From contig JBPOGI010000002.1 of NCBI GenBank assembly GCA_051251855.1, positions 128,001-192,000 on the forward strand: 64,000 nt of DNA. Direction: 5' to 3'. This document shows positions 10,101 through 17,973 of this stretch, piece by piece; the first letter of the stretch is position 1, and every line of letters starts with the position of its first letter. The notes beneath the pieces are model-generated. The model was not told the origin of the DNA. It saw only the letters and a list, made by a program, of their open reading frames with translations, and ran no database searches. Both the position numbers and the translations under genes were made by a program. This DNA is from Roseibacillus sp. (lineage in GTDB: Bacteria; Verrucomicrobiota; Verrucomicrobiia; Verrucomicrobiales; Akkermansiaceae).

Positions 10101-10645
10101 GCTCTTGGCATCACGTTGTTGGAGTGACGAAAAACGGTGTATCTTCCAGCCTTTGGGTGGATGGTATGTTAGTTGAGACTAAGTTAGGCGATACAACGGT
10201 TATTACTGATTCCGCGAATAGCGTTCTCATCGGAGGAAACCCAGATCATGCTGGAGATGGAGGCGGAGCCTACCGTTCTTGGGGTGGCAACATTGATGAT
10301 GTCGCAGTCTGGAAACGGGCTTTGACGGATAATGAAGTCACGACCCTCTTCTACGATGGTAATGACCTTCAGTATCTCATCGACAACGATGTCACTCCGA
10401 CCGATCCACCGATCCTCGCCGACGTCGCCATTGCTGATTGTTACTTCGATGGAGCCAACTTCAGCGTAGATGTGACCGGACTTGCTCCGACCGTCAACTA
10501 CGTGATGAAGCGGAGCTTGCTGTTGGATGGCACGGATTGGGCAGATGTGGGAACTCAGTTCACTGGGGGAGCCACTAACACCTTCGTTGATCCCGCTCCA
10601 GTAGCTAAGGCCTTCTACCAAATCTTCGAGGTAGCAGCGCCTTAA
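7196..10645 (+). CDS. Secreted protein with three LamG-like jellyroll domains and Asp-rich Ca-binding (TSP3-like) repeats
   Basis: Signal peptide; 3x GYW.F.....G.(I/L/M)DD.A.W.R; DSDGDG/DTDGDG repeats. Confidence 0.88.
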   Translation: MKIKPLSLICAAGGFLPFSLLAQYDADLLGYWQFEGDLTEDSGAGVHDGTAFGTVAYAAGPTAAFGQSVSFPAADAAAVPPVDPSGVIVDNTKSSELGYVNTFDDGISDALSISFWASGLPGNWSPFISKRGEDNLGYQVRRHSTTPNATFTLRGTDGEEDPQGSIDISTGQPVWTHYAATWNGVTGERRLYVNGVEDTAVSQSADFISGTAGQGPDLATDNWLTFGMRHREPTTPTVFQNFFAGDMDDIAIWNREISSTEAFQLAQAPLDDILLETDADGDGLFASQEAAFGTSDDPADANSNDFDGDGVSDYDEFVKGGDGANDDDFDMDGLTNLQETSGSANPWTSGVSGATPGETTDWCVADSDGDGIDDGEEVVAGVDGFVTDPNSRDTDGDGFADGAELAEGSDPTDANSLPPITTGLVGYWEFENDLVETSGEHAPGTHDGATTDGFPAEFGTGPTVLDEGVLGDFGSSLNTVAEGTSYGVYVLGSNAQETAGYVDTFDAGIGNEFTVSLWAKGWPGANWDPFISKRGETNQGFQIRRRGNTTNATFTLRQTLGEDDPNVGNNAGGGQTGTTGVPVWKHYLGTWNGTTGERKLYVDGVLSFTITGDFETGAGVSAATNYWMTFGSRHNNADFTPTEGDVNGIFSNLSFEGELDDIAFWHRELKPTEAAQLSTAPLSFILTQTDADADGLFATQEAEFGTSDNDSDSDDDGIDDLAEFLKGSDGAVDDDPDMDGLLNSQESSGSANPFVAGVNVGLPGTETTDWCVADSDNDGINDGDEVGSVNGFVTDPNNADTDGDGFSDGAELAATPPTDPLDPLSKGTDWEKGLCGYWQFDDDLTDSGVLGLDGIMQGLDTTETYATGQFGSAIDFDKLNEQRVQITGNENLLDGTGSDFTVSAWVQIDAFDQNWQAIISKGDEPTDWRLARYNNSNGPAFVGGNADVPGNGDGAANTATANLHPVNDGSWHHVVGVTKNGVSSSLWVDGMLVETKLGDTTVITDSANSVLIGGNPDHAGDGGGAYRSWGGNIDDVAVWKRALTDNEVTTLFYDGNDLQYLIDNDVTPTDPPILADVAIADCYFDGANFSVDVTGLAPTVNYVMKRSLLLDGTDWADVGTQFTGGATNTFVDPAPVAKAFYQIFEVAAP

Positions 10646-10677
10646 ACGGTTGCGTTAGCAAATTCTTAAACTAACAG

Positions 10678-10709
10678 CGCCGAGGCTTTATGAGCCTCGG
10701 CGTTTTTTT
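10678..10709 (+). terminator. Intrinsic terminator
   Basis: CGCCGAGGCT-TTATG-AGCCTCGGCG followed by T7. Confidence 0.88.
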
Positions 10710-10823
10710 GTGCTCTGATGTCATTTTCCTGAGCAAATGGAATGAGATGCTGGATGCGTTGGAACCCACACAACGGAAGTGGAATGAACCTGTGTTGAGC
10801 AGTTTTCTCGGAGAACTCCCACG

Positions 10824-10951
10824 GTAGGGTCGTTTTGATAAAACGACCGCGAAACGTCTCAGAAAGATCGAGTCATGAGAGATTTGCTTGCACGGTCAAG
10901 CAAAGCGGTCGTCGAGAAACACTCGCAGACCATTTATCAAATGGTCCCTAC
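10824..10951. repeat. GTAG-type REP inverted pair (REPIN)
   Basis: GTAG-GGTCGTTTTGATAAAACGACC (10824-10848) and inverted GTAG-GGACCATTTGATAAATGGTC (10951-10928). Confidence 0.75.
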
Positions 10952-10970
10952 CGATGAAACCTCCTCCTAA

Positions 10971-11262
10971 CACAATGCCATTCTACTGAAGTCGAATGGC
11001 ACTGTGATAGGCGAAAAATCGGGAGCTTACGAAAGCAGTGGCCGCAGGCTTGGGAGAGTGGCTTTTTAAGCCGCTGGGGTGGATCTCGCTAGTAAGAGAG
11101 CCGACGAATCACTACAGGAACAGCGGATTCGGAAACGAACAGGCCTACTCTCAACATTCTTTATTTTAAGGTGGCGGCTTGGAAAGACCACGCTCCCATT
11201 TCCTTGCCCACGACACGACAAGGTGTCTTAGCGCCAAGCCATTCGACTGAAGTCGGCGCTCC
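10971..11262. repeat. REPIN/MITE-like element, left copy
   Basis: Inner inverted GGGAG.GTGG..CTTT..AAGCCGC units (11052, 11197); outer GTCGAATGGC/GCCATTCGAC; homologous to the reverse complement of 12813-13089. Confidence 0.7.
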
Positions 11263-11286
11263 TTTTTATCAAATCAGACGGAGAGC

Positions 11287-12726
11287 TTATTCTTCCGTAG
11301 GGACGAGGCGGATGACGGTGTTGGGTTTGTTGAGGACGACGTAGATGTTGCCGTCGTAGGGATTGGTGGCGACGTCGCGCACACGGCCGATGTCTTTGAG
11401 GATGATTTCGCGCTCGACCACGTTTTCGCCATCAAGCCGGATGCGAGTGATGGATTCGTGTCGGAGCCCACCAGCGAAGGCGTCGTTTTGCCAGTTGGGA
11501 AACTGGTCGCCGGAATAGAAGTCGAACCCGCAGGCGCCGATACTGGGGAGCCAGTAGTAGACGGGGTCGACGATTCCGTCGCGCTGGGTGACGGTGCCCT
11601 TCATGGGGGTTCCGCTGTAGTTCATCCCGTATGAGGTGTCGGACCATCCGTAGTTAAGGCCGGGGAGAATGATGTTGAGCTCATCTCCGCCGCGAGGGCC
11701 GTGCTCGGTGGACCAGACTTTGCCGGTGGCAGGGTGCAGGGCGAATCCTTGTGGGTTGCGATGGCCGATGGTGTAAATGCCTGGCAGAGCGTCGGGGCCG
11801 AAGTCGGGGTTATCGTCTGGAGTGCTGCCGTCGTCTTTGAGCCGGTAGGTTTTTCCGGTGGGTTCAGCGGGGTCTTGGGACTTCATTTTGCCGCCACGTT
11901 CGCCGACGGGGAAGAAAATGTCTCCATCCTTGAAGACGATGCGGGTGCCATAGTGGACGCCTGAAGAAGGGTAGAATTTCTTGTCGGCTTCCCAAATGAT
12001 TTCCTCGTCTACCCACTTGTTCTCCTTGATGCGGCCGCGCACGTAGCGGGTCATGGCATGGTTCTTTTTGCCTTTTTTGAAGCCGTCGGAATAGCCGAGG
12101 TAAATCCAGCCATTCTCTTCGTAATCTGGGTGAGGGGCGACTTCCATCATGCCGCCTTGTCCGTGATGGGTGACTTCGGGCGTGCCTTCGATGACGGTGA
12201 GTTTGCCGCCAGGGCTCATGAGGCGGATAGGACCGGGGCGCTCGGTGATGAGCTTGGAACCATCAGGGAGGAAGGCGATGGCCCAGGGGATATCGAGCTC
12301 GGCGTCTTCGTCGATGACCATTTCGATTTTGTAATCGTGGTGTTGAGTCTTCGATACTTCGCCGAGCTGCGGTTTGGGGAGGTCGATGCCTTCCGCGAGG
12401 GCACGGGCGTTCTTTTCCTGAATGAAGATGACGAGGCTGCGGATTTTTTCGGAGGAAAGAACGTTCTCGAAGGCGACCATGCCGAAGTCGGGATTGCCCT
12501 TGGCGATGTTCTTGGTGATGGCTTCGGTGGTGGAGCCGTGCTTCCACTCGTCATCGAGGAAGGAGGGACCAAGGCCGCCAGAAAGGTCTTCTGCGTGGCA
12601 GGAAGCGCAGAGCGTTTCATAGAGCTTCTCGACTTTGAGGTTATCAAGCTCAGAGGCGTCAAATTCCGCGAGGTCTTGAGCGGAGAGGGGTAGGGGTAAG
12701 AAAAGAGCGGCAAAAAGTGATTTCAC
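11287..12726 (-). CDS. PQQ-dependent sugar dehydrogenase (GSDH-like) with N-terminal cytochrome c
   Basis: Signal peptide; CASCH with distal Met; PWAIAFLPDG, GQGGMM, GHRNPQG, EHGPRGGDELN, GRVRDV. Confidence 0.9.
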   Translation of the reverse strand: MKSLFAALFLPLPLSAQDLAEFDASELDNLKVEKLYETLCASCHAEDLSGGLGPSFLDDEWKHGSTTEAITKNIAKGNPDFGMVAFENVLSSEKIRSLVIFIQEKNARALAEGIDLPKPQLGEVSKTQHHDYKIEMVIDEDAELDIPWAIAFLPDGSKLITERPGPIRLMSPGGKLTVIEGTPEVTHHGQGGMMEVAPHPDYEENGWIYLGYSDGFKKGKKNHAMTRYVRGRIKENKWVDEEIIWEADKKFYPSSGVHYGTRIVFKDGDIFFPVGERGGKMKSQDPAEPTGKTYRLKDDGSTPDDNPDFGPDALPGIYTIGHRNPQGFALHPATGKVWSTEHGPRGGDELNIILPGLNYGWSDTSYGMNYSGTPMKGTVTQRDGIVDPVYYWLPSIGACGFDFYSGDQFPNWQNDAFAGGLRHESITRIRLDGENVVEREIILKDIGRVRDVATNPYDGNIYVVLNKPNTVIRLVPTEE

Positions 12727-12812
12727 AGTTCTTGTGATAACATTGCCCTGCCGGTGGACAAGGGGAGAAGTGTCTAAAGAGTGGGCCTATCTATCGAGAG
12801 CTGAAACCTTCT

Positions 12813-13089
12813 CTAGCGCGAATGGCACGAGTTTAAGCGCATTGGTCGAGACATTGGGGAAGCAATCGGGAGTGTGGTCTTTAAAAGCCGCTACCTCAGA
12901 TCTTGGTCAGTTGAGGGTAGGCCTGCTGACCTTCGAATCCTTGAATGAGTAGCCTTTGAACTAGCCTTTCGAATCGCGATCAACCCCAGCGGCTTACAAA
13001 GCCACTCTCCCGAGCCCGCGGCCCTCACTTTCGATACAAACTCAAGCTTTGGACCAGTAAGTGTCCTAAGCGCGTGCCATTCTCTCTAG
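12813..13089. repeat. REPIN/MITE-like element, right (inverted) copy
   Basis: Core 12868-13011 aligns in reverse to 11052-11197; outer inverted repeat CTAGCGCGAATGGCAC / GTGCCATTCTCTCTAG. Confidence 0.7.
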
Positions 13090-13144
13090 CCCGGATTTCT
13101 CTCGGGACATGAGAAATTCGCCCGCGGGGCCGACTGTGTCGGGG

Positions 13145-14164
13145 CTAGGGATTTTCAGTGATTTGTTGCTGAATGTAGGGCCCAAAGTCAGAGGGAAGCA
13201 AGATGGTGACTTTTTCGAGGCCATCGCCCATCGGTTCGGTCGTTCTATTTTCTTCCAAAGGGGTAAAGGGGAGCAGGTTGATGAGGTCCCCAGTTAGTAA
13301 TTGGTGGGTGATTCCAACGCGATCGGTGGCTTGTTGGTAGGAGTATTGGTAACCGTTGGTGACGGCCTGGAAATCTAACAAGGGCGTGGAGCTTGCTAAG
13401 TCTGGATGAGTTCCTGCGGCGAACTCGATTCCATTGGCCCAACCGTCGTCGTCGGCATCGTCTGCGAAGGCAACTTCGCTACTTGTGCTGAGATTTTCGG
13501 AGACCCAAGCGGCATAATCTGTCCCTGCGGGGGCGGGCTCTGCGACGTTAATGGCAGCCCGGATGAGATTGATGTTGGTGGTTCCCAAAGAGCCTGAAGA
13601 AAGTGGGACGTCGTTGTGTCGAGTCACCAGGTTGGAACCATCGGTTGCATCAACAACGACAATACGTCTCCGATTAGAGGAACCTAGAGAGCCTGGGGGG
13701 CTGCTGGCGGGAAAGCCGCTGAAGAGGCTGAAGCTTTCTCTTGGGAGGGTTCGATCAGCTGCAGCATCCAAGCCCCAGAGGGTGTAGTTATTATTAACGC
13801 TGAGGTTGATGATATTGCGGTCTTCTCCAACGGGTTCCAGCGAGAGGGCGATGTATTCGATCTCGATGCCATTGTCGTTTTTTCCTTGGTTAGCGCCGCG
13901 GCTGGAGCTCTCAAAGAAGTCGATGATGTTGTCTCCCAACTGAGAGACCATGGTTCCTCAGCTGGGTCACCAAGGGGTGAAGTAGACAATGACGGCCACT
14001 TTACCCTCGAGTTGAGAAAGGGAGGTGTCGGTGAGGTTTTGGAGGGTGTTTCCGCTGGTTGAGGAGCTGATGCTAAAGCTTTGGTCGGCGATGGAGTCGC
14101 CCGGATTGGGAACTGCGTTAGCAAAGGTAGTAGAGAGGAGGAGGCTGAGTAAAAGACGGTTCAT
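13145..14164 (-). CDS. Exported TlpA/redoxin-like protein with UxxU motif (putative double selenoprotein, 339 aa)
   Basis: ORFs 13967-14164 and 13145-13951 share one frame, joined by TGG TGA CCC AGC TGA GGA ACC ATG; this gives GKVAVIVYFTPW-U-PS-U at the CxxC position; N-terminal signal peptide. Confidence 0.8.
13935..13966 (-). promoter_or_regulatory. Putative SECIS-like recoding stem-loop
   Basis: CCCAGCUGAG pairs with CUCAGUUGGG (10 bp, one G-U), starting immediately 3' of the first UGA. Confidence 0.55.
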
Positions 14165-14169
14165 GGACT

Positions 14170-15330
14170 CTAGAATTGATGGGAAATCGCAAGGCGGCTG
14201 ACCAAGAAGTGGCGGTCTTGATAGAGACCTGAGAAGAATTCATTGTCGGCGCCGAGGGCTCCGTAGTTGCTATCGAAGAAGCCGAAGGAAAGTCGAACCG
14301 ATGTTTCGGATCCTTTCCAGGCAAGGCTGGCGCTGATTTCAGAGGAGTCGAGTTCGGGAGCAGCAGTATTGAATCCAGCGGTGGTGAACTCGCCGGAGTC
14401 GTGGTAAATACGAGCGCCTAAGCCAGCGTGCCAACCGGAGGCGATTTCGTAGTTGAGATTGAGGCCCCCGTAGTAGGCTTCGAAGTTGGGGTTTTCGTAA
14501 GTGGCTCCGACTTGGCCTCTCAAGGTGAGCTTGTCGGTCATGGCCCATGCCCAATTGTTCTGCAGTTGATAGCGGACTTGACGATCGGTGGTTCCGGTCG
14601 CGCGGAAGATGAGCTGAGTTTTGAGATTTTCGTTAAGCGCTTGTTCCCAATTGAGGGAGCCCGAATAGGTGATGAAATCGCTGCGAGTGGGAACGGGCTC
14701 GGGTCGAAAGGTGATGGGGTTGGGGACCCGGCTCCAAGCGGGAACGATTTCGTCTTGGCCATAACTAAAACTGGCGGTGAGGCGTCCCCCCCGACGATAG
14801 TCCCACACGACTCCTAAGTCGTAGGCCCAGCCATAAGGTTCGGCGGCATCGTAGCCCGCCACGCTCCCTGCTCCGCCAACAAATTGGTCGTAGTATTCTG
14901 CAATCCAAATGGATTGGTAGTCTGCGAAGCCATCATAATAGCGACCTCCTCCGCTGACGGAGAGGGTGTCGGTGGCTTGGTAGGCGAGAGTGAGGCTGGT
15001 GCCCCAGGTGTTTTCTTGTCTCTCGATGGGTAAGGTGGCTCCAACGGGATCGGTGTAGTTGATATATTGCTCGGTGTAGTATCCGTTGACGGTGAGTGTG
15101 ATGTCATCGACCTCGTGCTCAAAGGTTTGGGAAGTTCGGCCAACCCAGATGTCTTCGTTGTAGAGGGCTTCGTATTCGGAGTCGAAGCGCTGGGAGCCGC
15201 TAAAGAGGGAAGTGAGCCAAGATGAGGTTTCTTCGCTACTTTCTGTAGCTTCATCATAGACATCGTTGCTGAGGTCTCCTGCGAAAAGAGATACAGGAGC
15301 AAGGAGGAAAGGAAGGAGTGAAAATTTCAT
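14170..15330 (-). CDS. Outer-membrane beta-barrel protein (DUF3570-like by context)
   Basis: Signal peptide, alternating aromatic beta-strands, C-terminal RLAISHQF beta-signal. Confidence 0.75.
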   Translation of the reverse strand: MKFSLLPFLLAPVSLFAGDLSNDVYDEATESSEETSSWLTSLFSGSQRFDSEYEALYNEDIWVGRTSQTFEHEVDDITLTVNGYYTEQYINYTDPVGATLPIERQENTWGTSLTLAYQATDTLSVSGGGRYYDGFADYQSIWIAEYYDQFVGGAGSVAGYDAAEPYGWAYDLGVVWDYRRGGRLTASFSYGQDEIVPAWSRVPNPITFRPEPVPTRSDFITYSGSLNWEQALNENLKTQLIFRATGTTDRQVRYQLQNNWAWAMTDKLTLRGQVGATYENPNFEAYYGGLNLNYEIASGWHAGLGARIYHDSGEFTTAGFNTAAPELDSSEISASLAWKGSETSVRLSFGFFDSNYGALGADNEFFSGLYQDRHFLVSRLAISHQF

Positions 15331-15350
15331 GGTCGTGAGTCTCAGAAATT

Positions 15351-15560
15351 TTAATGGCAAGAGGCACAGCCGCCGCCTGCGCTCTGGCCATTGGCGGAGC
15401 GGCCCCGCTCTACGAGGCTGACGAGACCACAATCCATGAGATCGGCTCCCTTTTGATTGAAGCTCATCTCAGTTCGACTGAGGCCAATTTCATCAACGAT
15501 CGAGATCGATTGGCAGGAGTTGAAAACGAGCGGAATCGAGAGGAAGAACAGGGTTTTCAT
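15351..15560 (-). CDS. Small lipoprotein, DUF4266-like
   Basis: Lipobox-like FNSC, L...EMSF segment, Gly-rich tail GGGCASCH. Confidence 0.7.
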   Translation of the reverse strand: MKTLFFLSIPLVFNSCQSISIVDEIGLSRTEMSFNQKGADLMDCGLVSLVERGRSANGQSAGGGCASCH

Positions 15561-15683
15561 GGCTGGTGCGTCTAGAGGGACGAATCATCCAAGCATGTAT
15601 TCCCTTCTTTTTTGAGGAAATTGTATGAGATTGGCTTTTTTCGCTCAGATAATGGGATGTTTAGCCGAACGATATGAAGTTCG

Positions 15684-16372
15684 TTATTTCATGTTCTGCC
15701 CGCGAGTTCTTCGTGGCTGGATTGGTCTTTGGCGCCGTTGGCCTCTTTGACGGTCTCGTCTTCGGGGGCTTCTTCGGTTTCGCCAATTGTTGTGAGCTGT
15801 TGCCTCACGAACCTCTTCGCCTTCGGCAACTTCCGCTGATGCTTTATCGGTTGCTGGGGCTTCGAGCCCGTATTTCTCGGGGTCGAGGAGTTGCTGTACT
15901 TCCTCCTGAATGCTCTCGACGTCGGCGAGGGCGATCTGGGGGTCTTTCACGATGAAGACGTCGCCGGTTTTGCGGTTTTCATAGATGCGAAGGAGACCGG
16001 TAGGGAGCTGCTGGGTGTCGGTCTCGCGGATGATTTTTTTGCGCTCCAGCATTGCGGCAAGAATGAAGCGGGCGTTCTCGGTGTGGGCCTCGTCGTCCTC
16101 AATGAGCTTAGCAAAAAGAGTTTGAGGGTCGTGGGGGGTGACTTGAGTCTCTTCTTCTTTAACGGGTGGCTTGTAGTGGGAACGCCAGAAAGAGAAGGGC
16201 TGAGTCTCGTCTTCGCGAGTGTCCCAAGCGGCGACGGAGTAGTCGAGGCGGATATACCCTGAGGCTTCGGTGTCAGGGAAGATGGCGGCGATGAAGGGCT
16301 GGTCTTCTTGGAAGGCTTCGCCGGTGAGGTGGCAGCAGTGGGACCGGGACTTGATGGAGTAGTTTTCGACCA
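15684..16372 (-). CDS. Conserved hypothetical protein
   Basis: Globular core (FSFWRS, ARFILAAMLERKK); tail possibly frameshifted. Confidence 0.7.
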
Positions 16373-16442
16373 TGGGTGAGAGGAGAGAGAAGTGTTTGAT
16401 AGCCCCTTTGAAGCCTGCAATCAAAGAGTATTCTACGCTGCA

Positions 16443-17780
16443 TTAGTTGCCGCAGAGCCTGCGGATGGACTGGAAGATGGGGCGTCCTTTGAGGCGACGC
16501 TGAATGAGGATGAACGAAACGAGTAAAAAGATGCCGTTGGTTGCCCAAGCGGCCGGAATGGCGGGGATTTGGCCGGAGTCGCCGAAGGCGAGAAAGACTT
16601 CTGCGCAAAAGAGCATGAGGGCGGAGAGAATGACGGCGACAGCGACGGTCCCTCCTCGACCACGGCGAGCAAAGCTGATGCCAAGGGGGGCGGCGAGAAG
16701 GACGGTGACGAGGCAGAGGCAAGGTTGTGCCCAGCGATAATGAAGTTGTGTTTCAAAGGCCGGGGCTGCGAAAGAGTCGCGGCCGGGATTATGTTTGAGC
16801 CAGTCGGTGATACCAGGGATTCCTAGGTAGCGGGCGTCGAGGCCTTCTTGGATGAGCTGGGAGGGAGTTTCGGGCCACTCAGGCATGATGAGGGGGTCAG
16901 GGAGGCCTTTTTCGTATTCGGGAGTGGGTTCGCTTTGCACGAGGAGGCGGCTGGGTTTTGCGAAGCTCCAGTTTCCGGTTTCGCGGTTCCAGCTGACGCG
17001 CGGGGACTTCAGGCGGCTCAGGAGAGAGCCATCTGGGCTGATGGTGCTGATTTGGACATCGATGAGAGGGCTTTCTCCGCTGAGGTCGTAAGGAAAGCCG
17101 CCAATGTGCCAGAGCCGTTGGTCGCTCGCATTGTGGTGAATGACGTTAGAGGCCTGCGAGGTCTCGCCCTCACTAGCAGACTTTAGGAGGGCTTCGCGGT
17201 ATCCTCGGGCCCAAGGGGCCAAGTGGAAGTTGAGGAAGAAGGAGATGAGTGAAAGCAGGCAGCCGAGAACAACGAGGGGCCGGAGAAGACGGGAGATGCC
17301 GCGACCTGTCTGGGTGAAAGCGATGATTTCTCGAGAGGCTGAGAGCTGGCCTAGGGAGTAGAGGAGGCCAAGGAGAATGGTGAAGGGAAGCAGGAGGACG
17401 AGGGTTTGGGAAAGAAGGACGGCGTAATAGGTGGGGAGAAATTTGGAGGGGTCTTTGGCGCTGGTGAGGTCATCCATGGAGTCTTGGAAGTCCATGATGA
17501 CGAAGAGGAGGAGAAAGCCGAAGGTGGTGATGAGAAAGGCTGTGAGGGTCTTGCGGAAGAGGTAGCGGTCAAGAATGGAAGCGAAGGTGTACCAAAGGGC
17601 TCCCAGGGCAGGGACGAGGCAGAGAGCCTTGACGGCCCAAGGGCGAAGACCGTGGAGTTCTTCGTCAGCATCGGGGAAGCCAATGAGGTAGTTCCGTACG
17701 GATTCTTCCTCAAAGGGTGCGAGGAACCATCCTGCAGCTAAGCCGAGAATGAGAAGGATGATGAAAGGAAGGAGTCGCAC
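16443..17780 (-). CDS. LptF/LptG family LPS export permease
   Basis: ILDRYL, L...SREIIAF..TG.G..RL..P, periplasmic domain, AAWATN. Confidence 0.85.
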   Translation of the reverse strand: MRLLPFIILLILGLAAGWFLAPFEEESVRNYLIGFPDADEELHGLRPWAVKALCLVPALGALWYTFASILDRYLFRKTLTAFLITTFGFLLLFVIMDFQDSMDDLTSAKDPSKFLPTYYAVLLSQTLVLLLPFTILLGLLYSLGQLSASREIIAFTQTGRGISRLLRPLVVLGCLLSLISFFLNFHLAPWARGYREALLKSASEGETSQASNVIHHNASDQRLWHIGGFPYDLSGESPLIDVQISTISPDGSLLSRLKSPRVSWNRETGNWSFAKPSRLLVQSEPTPEYEKGLPDPLIMPEWPETPSQLIQEGLDARYLGIPGITDWLKHNPGRDSFAAPAFETQLHYRWAQPCLCLVTVLLAAPLGISFARRGRGGTVAVAVILSALMLFCAEVFLAFGDSGQIPAIPAAWATNGIFLLVSFILIQRRLKGRPIFQSIRRLCGN

Positions 17781-17973
17781 AGAGAACGGAAAGGATTTGA
17801 AAGGAGATTGCAGTCCTTGGGAAGAACTGAATTGGGCTGCTTAAATTTGTCAATCCTCTGGAACGCCTCGGGATTTTTGCCGTGGATGAAGCTAAGAGAA
17901 ATTTTAACAACGCACCTACCCATCGCGCTCGACGGTATCATTAGGCTGCTGTCGAGCGCGCTGTGCTGACTCC

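Noticed and set aside
10710..11280. CRISPR array
   Set aside because: Repeats are inverted, degenerate and irregularly spaced; no cas genes.
13145..14164. Two separate genes, or a nonsense pseudogene
   Set aside because: Two independent TGA mutations at exactly the CxxC cysteines, with an otherwise intact frame and an adjacent hairpin, is much less parsimonious than recoding.
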